Positions 54,161 to 62,326 of a stretch of DNA of 64,000 nucleotides are shown piece by piece. The translations under genes were made by a program, and so were the position numbers. The stretch spans positions 64,935 to 128,934 of the forward strand of contig JBAXLJ010000002.1 of the NCBI GenBank assembly GCA_037134915.1. The letters run 5' to 3'. Positions within the stretch are counted from its first letter, which is position 1. Each line of letters begins with the position of its first letter. Below the pieces are notes generated by a model. That model saw only the letters and a list, made by a program, of their open reading frames with translations. It had not been told where the DNA came from and made no database searches. The DNA comes from Candidatus Falkowbacteria bacterium (GTDB lineage Bacteria; Patescibacteriota; Patescibacteriia; Patescibacteriales; UBA12465).

Positions 54161-55459
54161 ATGAAAGACAAAATTTCTACCAAGACTCTGCCTGGTTTCA
54201 ATGAATATTTACCAGCCGAGCAATTAGCTTTTAATGATATTTTAGACACTATTCGTGGTGTTTATGAATCATATGGCTTTGTGCCACTTGATACTCCAGT
54301 CTTGGAGCGTCAGGAAGTAATTCTAGCTAAAGCGGGCGGGGAAACGGAAAAACAAATTTACTGCTTAGAAAAAGGTGATGAAAAATTAGCCCTGCGTTTT
54401 GATTTGACTGTGCCCTTAGCTCGTTATGTGAGTGAACATTATAATAATTTAGTTTTCCCATTTCGTAGATATTGCATTTCCAAAGTTTATCGTGGCGAGA
54501 GGCCACAGCGCGGACGTTTTCGGGAATTATATCAAGCTGATATTGATATTGTGGGCGAAGGGGAATTATCATTGATAAATGATGCCGAAATTGTCAGTAT
54601 TATTTACAGTACTTTTTCGAAATTAAATTTCGGTGACTTTACCGTGCGTTTAAATAATCGTAAATTGTTAACTGGTTTTTTTGAATCATTATCGTTATCT
54701 AAAGAAGCAACTGATATCTTAAGAATAGTTGATAAGATAGATAAAGTGGGACGCGATCAAATTAAAGAAATACTTATAAAATTTGAAATTGAAGCTGCCA
54801 AAGTTGATAAAATCTTAGAATTTATAACTTTAAAAGATAATATTTTAGAATCTTTAACTAAGATGAAAATAGATAATGCTATTTTTCAGCAAGGCTTATC
54901 AGAAATAAAAGAAGTTGTAGCTTATTTAGAAGACTATGGTGTGCCAGCTAGCAATTATAAAATAGATCTATCTATTGCTCGTGGCTTGGATTATTATACT
55001 GGTACAGTTTACGAAACGATTTTAAATGATTATCCGCAAATTGGTTCAGTTTGTTCTGGCGGTAGATATGATGATTTAGCCGGTTATTATAGTGATAGAA
55101 AATTACCAGGCGTTGGTGCTTCGATTGGTTTATCTCGTTTATTTTTTCAATTACAAGAAGCCGATTTAATTGCCACCCGACAAGCTACTAGCGCTGACAT
55201 ATTTTTAGTCAGTGAGAACATTAAAGCCGCTTCGGCACTAGCTAATAATCTTCGTCAGTCCGGTTTTTCAGTTTTGACTGCTTATGGTCCAGAGAAATTT
55301 AAAAAGAAATTAACCTTGGCTAATCGTTTAGGCGTTAAGCTGGTAATTATTTTAGGAGAGGATGAAATTGCTGGTGGTTATTTTTCTTTAAAGGATATGA
55401 CTAGTGGAGAACAGATTAAGGCCCATTCGATTGAAGAGGTTAATGATTTCTTAAAATAA
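54161..55459 (+). CDS. hisS: histidine--tRNA ligase
   Basis: GFNEYLP, class II motif 2 FRYCISKVYRGERPQRGRFRELYQADIDIVG, CSGGRYDDL, GVGASIGLSRL. Confidence 0.95.
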   Translation: MKDKISTKTLPGFNEYLPAEQLAFNDILDTIRGVYESYGFVPLDTPVLERQEVILAKAGGETEKQIYCLEKGDEKLALRFDLTVPLARYVSEHYNNLVFPFRRYCISKVYRGERPQRGRFRELYQADIDIVGEGELSLINDAEIVSIIYSTFSKLNFGDFTVRLNNRKLLTGFFESLSLSKEATDILRIVDKIDKVGRDQIKEILIKFEIEAAKVDKILEFITLKDNILESLTKMKIDNAIFQQGLSEIKEVVAYLEDYGVPASNYKIDLSIARGLDYYTGTVYETILNDYPQIGSVCSGGRYDDLAGYYSDRKLPGVGASIGLSRLFFQLQEADLIATRQATSADIFLVSENIKAASALANNLRQSGFSVLTAYGPEKFKKKLTLANRLGVKLVIILGEDEIAGGYFSLKDMTSGEQIKAHSIEEVNDFLK

Positions 55460-55476
55460 AAAGAAGCTAAGAAAAA

Positions 55477-55502
55477 ACAGGTTCATTTTAGGATCTGTTT
55501 TT
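55477..55502 (+). terminator. rho-independent terminator after hisS
   Basis: acaggttc / ggatctgt stem (two G-U pairs), loop atttta, T-run. Confidence 0.55.
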
Positions 55503-55524
55503 GTTTGGAAAGACTCAGTTAAAC

Positions 55525-55554
55525 TAGACTTTTGTTAATTATTTATAGTATAAT
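55525..55554 (+). promoter_or_regulatory. sigma70-like promoter of murB, predicts a leaderless mRNA
   Basis: TAGACT, 18 nt, TATAAT (55549-55554), with 6 nt to the ATG at 55561. Confidence 0.5.
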
Positions 55555-55560
55555 AGCCTT

Positions 55561-56568
55561 ATGTTAGAAATTAAGAAGAATGTCCTGCTAGCAGATTATA
55601 CCACTCTTAAAATCGGCTCACGTGCCGAATTTTTTGCGGTTATCAAAAATCTAGAAGACTTAAAAGCGGCCATTGTCTGGGCTCGCCAAAATAAACAAAC
55701 AATTTTTGTCTTAGGTGGCGGCTCTAATTTACTGATTACTTCTAAAATTAGAGGTTTGGTAATCAAGAATGAAATCATGGGCGCCCAAATAACTGCGGAA
55801 ACACAAGACGAAGCTTGGCTCACTGGTAATTCCGGTGAGATTTGGTCGCGCTTTGTGCATCAAGCGGTGACCCTTCATTTATATGGCTTAGAAAATTTAT
55901 ATTTAATTTACGGCACCGTGGGAGCGGCTCCGGTGCAAAACATTGGGGCTTACGGGGTGGAATTAAAGGATATTTTTGATTCTTTAGTGGCTATTGATTT
56001 GCAAACTGGTAAAGAAAAAGTCTTTAAAATAGCTGATTGTCAGTTTGGTTATCGCGATAGTATCTTTAAGAAAAAACTAAAAGGGAAGTATTTTATCTAT
56101 CAAGTAACCGTTAAATTATCTAAGAAACCAAAATTTAAAATCGATTACGCCGATATTAAAGCGGAATTAGGCCGCAAAAAACCCAACCTAAGCAACGTTG
56201 TCGCCGCTATCTTCAAAATCAGAAATTCTAAATTACCCAATCCAATAGTCTTAGCTAACGCCGGTTCATTTTTTAAGAATCCAGAAATCAGTGTGGCCGA
56301 TTTTAAAAAATTAGCCAAAAAATATCCAGATATCAAAAGCTTTCCCTCTGGTAAAAAAATAAAAATTCCCGCTGGTTGGTTGATTGAACGAGCGGGACTC
56401 AAAGGAAAAAAGTTTGGACCAGTGTCGATGTACGAAAAACAAGCACTTATTTTAGTAAATCACGGCGGAGCTACGGCTTCACAAGTTTTGCGTCATATTG
56501 ACCGTGTCCAAGCGGCCGTGTTAAAACAATTTAGTATCAAACTTGAACCCGAAGTAAACATTATTTAA
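55561..56568 (+). CDS. murB: UDP-N-acetylenolpyruvoylglucosamine reductase
   Basis: LADYTTLKIGSRAEFF, VLGGGSNLL, NIGAYGVE, GSFFKNP, AGWLIERAGLKG. Confidence 0.93.
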   Translation: MLEIKKNVLLADYTTLKIGSRAEFFAVIKNLEDLKAAIVWARQNKQTIFVLGGGSNLLITSKIRGLVIKNEIMGAQITAETQDEAWLTGNSGEIWSRFVHQAVTLHLYGLENLYLIYGTVGAAPVQNIGAYGVELKDIFDSLVAIDLQTGKEKVFKIADCQFGYRDSIFKKKLKGKYFIYQVTVKLSKKPKFKIDYADIKAELGRKKPNLSNVVAAIFKIRNSKLPNPIVLANAGSFFKNPEISVADFKKLAKKYPDIKSFPSGKKIKIPAGWLIERAGLKGKKFGPVSMYEKQALILVNHGGATASQVLRHIDRVQAAVLKQFSIKLEPEVNII

Positions 56569-56579
56569 TTTTTAAACTT

Positions 56580-58355
56580 ATGACCGCTAACGAACTTCGT
56601 CAGAAATATTTAGACTTCTTTAAGAGCAAGGGGCACGCTATTATCTCTAGCGCCTCTTTGATTCCGGAAAATGATCCAACTGTTTTGTTTACTACCGCCG
56701 GCATGCATCCTTTGGTGCCTTATCTAATGGGTGAAAAACATCCGGCCGGCTCAAGACTAACAAGCGCTCAAAAATGTATCCGGACTGGAGACATCGATGA
56801 AGTGGGGGACAAAACTCACCATACATTTTTTGAAATGATGGGGAACTGGTCTTTGGGGGATTATTTTAAAAAAGAATCCATTAACTATAGTTGGGAGTTT
56901 TTAACAAGCAATGAATATCTAAACTTAGATAAAAATCGTATCGCGGTTTCGGTTTTTATTGGTGATGATGACGCCCCATTTGATGATGAAGCCTATAATA
57001 TCTGGTCAGAAATTTTTAAGGCCAACGGTTTACCTATAGAAAGAATCGCTAAGTTGCCAAAGAAAAATAATTGGTGGGGGCCAGCGGGAGTAACCGGACC
57101 CTGCGGACCGGATACAGAAATTTTTTATTGGTCTGGGTCCGATGAGGCGCCAAATTATTTTAATGATGATAATGATTTTTGGGTGGAAATTTGGAACAAT
57201 GTTTTCATGCAGTATAATAAAAATGTGGCTGGAAAATTTGAAACGCTTATTCAAAAAAATGTCGATACTGGTCTGGGTCTAGAAAGAGTTTATGCTGTTA
57301 TAAATGGTTTCGATGATAACTATCTCACAGATTTATTTTCAAATATTATAAATAAGATTGAAGAACTCAGTGGTCATAAGTATGGCGAAAGTGTCGAGAT
57401 AACAAGAGCTATAAGAATTATTGCTGACCACTTAAAAGCGGCGACTTTTATTATCGGTGATAATCACGGTGTTATTCCGTCTAATACTGATCAGGGTTAT
57501 GTGGTGCGTCGTTTGATTAGAAGAGCAATTAGATACGGTTTTAAGATAAATATCAAGGAGCGTCTTTGGGTAAGAGAAATTGCGCAAGTCGTAATAAACG
57601 ATTATAAGGATATTTACTCCGAACTAGATAACAATCAAGAATTTATTTTTGAAAATTTGATGAAGGAAGAAGAAAAATTTTCCAAGACTCTATTGAATGG
57701 TCTTCAGGAATTTAATAAGTTAACCGATAAAAATATTACTGGTGCTCAAGCTTTCAATCTATACCAAAGTTATGGTTTTCCTTTGGAGATCACTGAAGAA
57801 CTAGCCTCTGAAAAGGGGATGACAGTCGATAAAGATGGTTTTGCTTTGGAACTAGCTAAACATCAAGAATTATCGCGCACGGCTTCCGCTGGTAAATTTA
57901 AGGGCGGCTTAGCGGATAGCAGTGAGGCCACAACCAGACTTCATACCGCCGCTCATCTGCTTTTGGCGGCTTTGCGCCGGGTTTTAGGCGATCACGTTAG
58001 TCAAAAGGGTAGCAATATTACCGCTGACCGTTTACGCTTTGACTTTTCTCACCCAGAGAAGTTGACACCTGAGCAAATTTCCGAGGTTGAAAGATTAGTT
58101 AATGAAGCTATTTCTCGAAAAATACCGGTCACTTGTGAGGAAATTAGTTTAGAAGAAGCCAAAAATACCGGTGCCATGGGAGTTTTTGATTCAAAATACG
58201 GAGAACAGGTTAAAGTTTACACGGCTGGTGACTTTTCTCGGGAGATTTGTGGTGGTCCTCATGTCAAAAATACTGGTGAATTAGGACATTTTTCGATTAG
58301 CAAGGAAGAGTCTTCCAGTTCGGGGGTAAGACGCATTAAGGCGATATTATCTTAA
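56580..58355 (+). CDS. alaS: alanine--tRNA ligase, short form (no C-Ala domain)
   Basis: ELRQKYLDFFKSKGH, FTTAGM, FFEMMGNWSLGDYFK, DTGLGLERV. Editing motifs HTAAH and CGGPH. The protein ends 30 aa after CGGPH (591 aa). Confidence 0.9.
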   Translation: MTANELRQKYLDFFKSKGHAIISSASLIPENDPTVLFTTAGMHPLVPYLMGEKHPAGSRLTSAQKCIRTGDIDEVGDKTHHTFFEMMGNWSLGDYFKKESINYSWEFLTSNEYLNLDKNRIAVSVFIGDDDAPFDDEAYNIWSEIFKANGLPIERIAKLPKKNNWWGPAGVTGPCGPDTEIFYWSGSDEAPNYFNDDNDFWVEIWNNVFMQYNKNVAGKFETLIQKNVDTGLGLERVYAVINGFDDNYLTDLFSNIINKIEELSGHKYGESVEITRAIRIIADHLKAATFIIGDNHGVIPSNTDQGYVVRRLIRRAIRYGFKINIKERLWVREIAQVVINDYKDIYSELDNNQEFIFENLMKEEEKFSKTLLNGLQEFNKLTDKNITGAQAFNLYQSYGFPLEITEELASEKGMTVDKDGFALELAKHQELSRTASAGKFKGGLADSSEATTRLHTAAHLLLAALRRVLGDHVSQKGSNITADRLRFDFSHPEKLTPEQISEVERLVNEAISRKIPVTCEEISLEEAKNTGAMGVFDSKYGEQVKVYTAGDFSREICGGPHVKNTGELGHFSISKEESSSSGVRRIKAILS

Positions 58356-58378
58356 AGGCTAGAATTAGCCTGTATCTA

Positions 58379-58407
58379 TTGACAAGCTTTAAACTTATCC
58401 CTATAAT
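58379..58407 (+). promoter_or_regulatory. consensus sigma70 promoter of the infA-ribosomal protein-rpoA block
   Basis: TTGACA (58379-58384), exactly 17 nt, TATAAT (58402-58407). Confidence 0.7.
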
Positions 58408-58499
58408 AATTTCATATCAAGATGTCAAAATATAAAACTAATATTTTTACCAAGAATTGATAAGGCTTTTTAAGTCTATATCAAATTTTTTTTGTATTA

Positions 58500-58760
58500 A
58501 TGTCAAAACGTACTAAAGATAAAACCAAAAGTGAGGCCGAAACAATGAATGCTAAAGATTTCATTGAAATTCAAGGTGAAGTTGAAGAACTGATGCCAGC
58601 GGCCACTTTTAAAGTTGTTTTGGAAAACGGTCATGAAATTTTAGCCCACTTATCGGGTAAAATGCGAATGAATAAAATTCGTCTTTTGCCAGGTGACCGG
58701 GTTAAGGTCCAGATTAGCCCCTACGACCTTACAAAGGGAAGAATCGTGTACCGTATGTAA
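58500..58760 (+). CDS. infA: translation initiation factor IF-1
   Basis: [70 protein letters not shown]. The conserved core starts at ATG 58545. The ATG at 58500 would add a 15-aa K-rich extension. Confidence 0.9.
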   Translation: MSKRTKDKTKSEAETMNAKDFIEIQGEVEELMPAATFKVVLENGHEILAHLSGKMRMNKIRLLPGDRVKVQISPYDLTKGRIVYRM

Positions 58761-58819
58761 TATATGAAAGGAGGTTCCCCGACTTCCGAAAATAGATTTA
58801 ATAAATTTATAAACGCATT

Positions 58820-58933
58820 ATGAAAGTAAGAGCCAGCGCAAAACCAATTTGTAAAGATTGTAAGGTCGTCCGCCGTGAAGGCCGAGTGCATGTTATTTGC
58901 AAAAACCCTAAACATAAACAAAGACAAGGATAA
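58820..58933 (+). CDS. rpmJ: 50S ribosomal protein L36
   Basis: Not in the ORF track because it is under 60 aa. My translation is [37 protein letters not shown], which matches the L36 family. Confidence 0.95.
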   Translation: MKVRASAKPICKDCKVVRREGRVHVICKNPKHKQRQG

Positions 58934-58991
58934 ATAAGGAGGCAAGTGGACTGATTTTTTTAGAATTCAGTTAGCTTATGCTTAAAAAATT

Positions 58992-59384
58992 ATGGCTATT
59001 AGAATTGCAGGTGTTAATATTCCAATGGAAAAGAAAGCGACGATTGCTTTAACTTACATTTATGGTATCGGTAATACCCGTTCCCAGAAGATTTTAGCGG
59101 ACGCTAAAGTTGATCCGGAGACTCGTATGAAGGACTTAAAAGAAACCGAAGTTAATACTCTTCGTGAAATTATTGAAAAGAAATTTACCGTTGAAGGTGA
59201 TCTTCGTCGTGAAGTTTCTAGCAATATCAAACGTTTAAAAGAAATCAATTGTTATAGAGGGTCTCGCCACACTAAGCATTTGCCTTTACGCGGTCAGAGA
59301 ACTAAGACAAATAGCCGTACAGTTCGTGGCAATAAGCGCGTCACAGCCGTTAGCGGTAAAGCTAAAGCTGGTCTTAAGACTTAA
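58992..59384 (+). CDS. rpsM: 30S ribosomal protein S13
   Basis: [12 protein letters not shown]....[16 protein letters not shown]...[11 protein letters not shown]. Confidence 0.97.
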   Translation: MAIRIAGVNIPMEKKATIALTYIYGIGNTRSQKILADAKVDPETRMKDLKETEVNTLREIIEKKFTVEGDLRREVSSNIKRLKEINCYRGSRHTKHLPLRGQRTKTNSRTVRGNKRVTAVSGKAKAGLKT

Positions 59385-59431
59385 GAATCTAGCTGATTAT
59401 TCACTGATAAAATGATCTAATTTTATAAACT

Positions 59432-60046
59432 ATGTCTGATGAAAAGAAACAACTGGAAGAAAATATTACTCCAGTTACAAAAGAAAATACTTTAGTCGAA
59501 GCTCCAGTAGCTGATGAGGCTATTTCCATTCAAACTGATCTTGATAAAGAAGATCGCGAAGAATTAGCCCGAGGTTTTTCTATGGATTCAGCTGATGAGG
59601 AATTACCTGAAGAAATTAAGCAGAAACTGGAAAAAAATAAGCAAGCTCGTGCTAAAAAGAAATTAGTTAAGAAAAGAAAGAAAAAGACTGATAAGGTGGT
59701 AAAAATTGGTCGTGCTTATATTAATGCGACTTATAACAACACCATGATTTCTTTAACTGATAATAATGGCGACGTTATTTCTTGGGCAAGTGCCGGCATG
59801 GCTGGTTTTAAGGGGGCTAAAAAAGCCACTCCTTACGCTTCTCAGATTATTACCAAAATTGCTTGCCAAAAAGCTAAAGAAGAATATGGTTTAGAAGAAG
59901 TTAGCGTGTTTGTTTCCGGCGTCGGTACCGGTCGTGAGGCCGCTATCCGAGCTTTAAATGCTAATGGTTTAAATGTGACCTCCATTAAAGATATGACTCC
60001 AGTGCCTCATAATGGTTGCCGCCCGAAGAAACCAAGACGCGTCTAA
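59432..60046 (+). CDS. rpsK: 30S ribosomal protein S11 with an N-terminal acidic/lysine-rich extension of about 75 aa
   Basis: The core [21 protein letters not shown]...[17 protein letters not shown]...[13 protein letters not shown] begins near residue 90 of 204. Confidence 0.9.
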   Translation: MSDEKKQLEENITPVTKENTLVEAPVADEAISIQTDLDKEDREELARGFSMDSADEELPEEIKQKLEKNKQARAKKKLVKKRKKKTDKVVKIGRAYINATYNNTMISLTDNNGDVISWASAGMAGFKGAKKATPYASQIITKIACQKAKEEYGLEEVSVFVSGVGTGREAAIRALNANGLNVTSIKDMTPVPHNGCRPKKPRRV

Positions 60047-60073
60047 TTAATTTAAGTAATCCAAGAAATACAT

Positions 60074-60700
60074 ATGGGAAAAAATTTAGAACCACAATGT
60101 AAGCAATGCCGCCGGGCCGGTGAAAAACTTTTCTTAAAAGGTGATCGTTGTTTAACGGCTAAATGCGGTATCGTAAAACGTAACACTATTCCAGGTTTTC
60201 ATGGTCCTAAGGGCCGTAAACGACAATCTGATTTCGGTTTACAGTTAGCTGAAAAGCAAAAAGCTAAGAAATACTATAACTTACTAGAAAAGCAATTCCG
60301 TTTAACTTTTGAAAAAGCTCAAAAGAAATCTGGTGATGCTGGTAAGAATTTCTTAAAACTACTTGAAACCAGACTAGATAATACAGTCTATCGTTTAGGA
60401 CTAGCGACTTCTCGCTATGAATCTCGTCAGATTGTAAGTCACGGTCATATTACCGTAAATGATAAGAAAGTAGACATTGCTTCATACATCGTTAAAACTG
60501 GTGATGTTGTTTCCATTAGAAAACAGAGTGTGTCTAATAGATATTTTAAAAAGATTTTAGAACGTAAGAATGTTGAACGTCCTAGTTGGTTAAATTGGGA
60601 TGTTACCACTAAGTCCGGAAAAGTTTTACATGAACCAGTTGATACCGACTTACCGGCTAACTTAAACGTCCAAGTTATTATTGAGTATTATTCGAAATAA
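60074..60700 (+). CDS. rpsD: 30S ribosomal protein S4
   Basis: CKQCRRAGEKLFLKGDRC zinc-ribbon-like N-terminus, LETRLDNTVYRLG, and S4 domain SRQIVSHGHITVN. Confidence 0.97.
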   Translation: MGKNLEPQCKQCRRAGEKLFLKGDRCLTAKCGIVKRNTIPGFHGPKGRKRQSDFGLQLAEKQKAKKYYNLLEKQFRLTFEKAQKKSGDAGKNFLKLLETRLDNTVYRLGLATSRYESRQIVSHGHITVNDKKVDIASYIVKTGDVVSIRKQSVSNRYFKKILERKNVERPSWLNWDVTTKSGKVLHEPVDTDLPANLNVQVIIEYYSK

Positions 60701-60721
60701 TTATTAGTTACATGTTCTTTT

Positions 60722-60739
60722 GCCAGATTTTTATCTGGC
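60722..60739 (+). promoter_or_regulatory. intercistronic hairpin between rpsD and rpoA (no T-run)
   Basis: gccagat tttt atctggc, a perfect 7-bp stem. Function unknown (mRNA processing or stability element?). Confidence 0.35.
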
Positions 60740-60761
60740 GGCAATGTGACAATAGCAACAT

Positions 60762-61553
60762 ATGCAAAACATCGCTTTACCTAAAAAAATAGAATTTAAA
60801 GCGGGGAACACATCCAGTGAAGGCCAAATTATTGTTGAGCCTTTATATTCTGGATATGGTATGACACTTGGCAACTCTCTGCGCCGTGTCTTATTATCCT
60901 CATTGCCTGGCGCCGCTGTAATTGGCGTTAAGATTAAAGGAGTTAGCCACGAGTTTATGGCTCTTCCCGGGGTAAAAGAAGACATGTTAGAGATTATTCT
61001 TAATTTAAAACAGTTACGTCTTAAGATGTTTACCGAAGAAGAAGTAACTTTAGTTTTAAAGGCTAAGGGTCAAGGTGAAATAACCGCTGCGGCTATTTCC
61101 AAAAATAGTGATGTTGAAATTAAGAATCCGGAACTTTTACTAGCCACTTTAACAGACGGCAACGCTTCTTTAGAAATGGAAATTTTAGTTAAAGAAGGTC
61201 GTGGTTATAAGATGTCTGAAGGCGGTAAGCGTGATAATGAACTTGGTTATATTGAAATTGATTCGATTTTCTCTCCAGTTTTGTCTGTTAGTATCGACGT
61301 GGAAAATGCTCGTGTCGGTAAGATGACTAACTGGGATAAACTCGTTTTGAATATAAAAACTGACGGAACAATTACTCCTCAAGAGGCGGTTGAACAATCA
61401 GTGAAAATCTTGGTTGATCAATTCTCAGCTTTACTCCCTAATACTATTTCGGAACCGGCCCCGGTTGCTGAAGAAGTCGTTAGCGAAGAATCTGAGGAAG
61501 AAGCTGTTTTAGAGGAAGAAGTGGTTAAGCCAAAAAAGAAGGCTAAAAAATAA
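60762..61553 (+). CDS. rpoA: DNA-directed RNA polymerase alpha subunit, N-terminal domain only
   Basis: EPLYSGYGMTLGNSLRRVLLSSLPGAA and SPVLSVSIDVENARVGKMTNWDKLVL. 263 aa ending in an acidic tail plus KKKAKK. No HhH alpha-CTD. Confidence 0.9.
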   Translation: MQNIALPKKIEFKAGNTSSEGQIIVEPLYSGYGMTLGNSLRRVLLSSLPGAAVIGVKIKGVSHEFMALPGVKEDMLEIILNLKQLRLKMFTEEEVTLVLKAKGQGEITAAAISKNSDVEIKNPELLLATLTDGNASLEMEILVKEGRGYKMSEGGKRDNELGYIEIDSIFSPVLSVSIDVENARVGKMTNWDKLVLNIKTDGTITPQEAVEQSVKILVDQFSALLPNTISEPAPVAEEVVSEESEEEAVLEEEVVKPKKKAKK

Positions 61554-61576
61554 TAATAAGCATTCAGAAGATTTAT

Positions 61577-61927
61577 ATGAGACACAGAAACAAAAATAAA
61601 ATTTTAGATAGAAAAAAGGGACCACGTGAACTTATGTTACGTAACCTGGCATCTAGTATTATTCTTTACGAAAAAGTTCAGACTACCAGAGCGAAAGCTG
61701 AGGCAGTCCGTCCTTTAGTTGAAAAGTTAATTACAATGTCCAAGGCTCAAGACTTAAACGCTCGCCGCAATTTGCTGGAAGTGCTATTACAGAAAAATGC
61801 TGTTTTAAAAGCGATGGAAGTTTTAGGCGCTCGTTACAAAGAACGCGCTGGCGGTTACACTCGAACTATTAAGATTGGCAATCGTCAAGGTGACGGAGCA
61901 GCTATGGTTCAGATTGAATTAGTTTAA
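61577..61927 (+). CDS. rplQ: 50S ribosomal protein L17
   Basis: MRHRNKNKILDRKKGPRELMLRNLA...TT..KA......EKLIT. Confidence 0.95.
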   Translation: MRHRNKNKILDRKKGPRELMLRNLASSIILYEKVQTTRAKAEAVRPLVEKLITMSKAQDLNARRNLLEVLLQKNAVLKAMEVLGARYKERAGGYTRTIKIGNRQGDGAAMVQIELV

Positions 61928-61944
61928 TAAATTCGTTTAGATTT

Positions 61945-62301
61945 ATGAAAAACATAGAAAGAAAATTACATAAAATAGATGCTACTGAACAGTCTATTGG
62001 TCGCATGGCCAGTGAGATTGCGATTTTGCTTCGAGGCAAAAATAAGCCAGAATACGAACCATATTTAGATTTAGGTGATATGGTTGAAGTTTCAAATATC
62101 GAAAAAGCTAAATTTACTGGTCGCAAATTTGAACAGAAAAATTATTTTTCTTTCACCGGTTATGTTGGAGGACTCAAGACAAGAAAAATGTCGGAAATCT
62201 TTTCTAAAAAGCCAAGTGAAGTTTTACACCGAGCCGTTAAACAAATGTTGCCTCCTACTAGACTTAGGAACGATATGATGAAGCGTCTTGTTATCAAATA
62301 A
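61945..62301 (+). CDS. rplM: 50S ribosomal protein L13 (short, 118 aa)
   Basis: IDATEQSIGRMASEIAILLRGKNKPEYEPYLDLGD, FTGYVGGLK, AVKQMLP. Confidence 0.93.
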   Translation: MKNIERKLHKIDATEQSIGRMASEIAILLRGKNKPEYEPYLDLGDMVEVSNIEKAKFTGRKFEQKNYFSFTGYVGGLKTRKMSEIFSKKPSEVLHRAVKQMLPPTRLRNDMMKRLVIK

Positions 62302-62326
62302 TTTTGTATAACCAAATATTAATTTT

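Noticed and set aside
58356-58371. Hairpin aggcta-gaat-tagcct just after alaS, as a possible terminator.
   Set aside because: The 6-bp stem has no following T-run. It may still be a weak stop or a stabiliser, but it cannot be supported as a terminator.
58721-58945. 74-aa minus-strand ORF.
   Set aside because: It lies opposite the unmistakable L36 gene (58820-58933) and the 3' end of infA. It is a shadow ORF.
60731-60985. 84-aa minus-strand ORF.
   Set aside because: It is antisense to the conserved N-terminus of rpoA.
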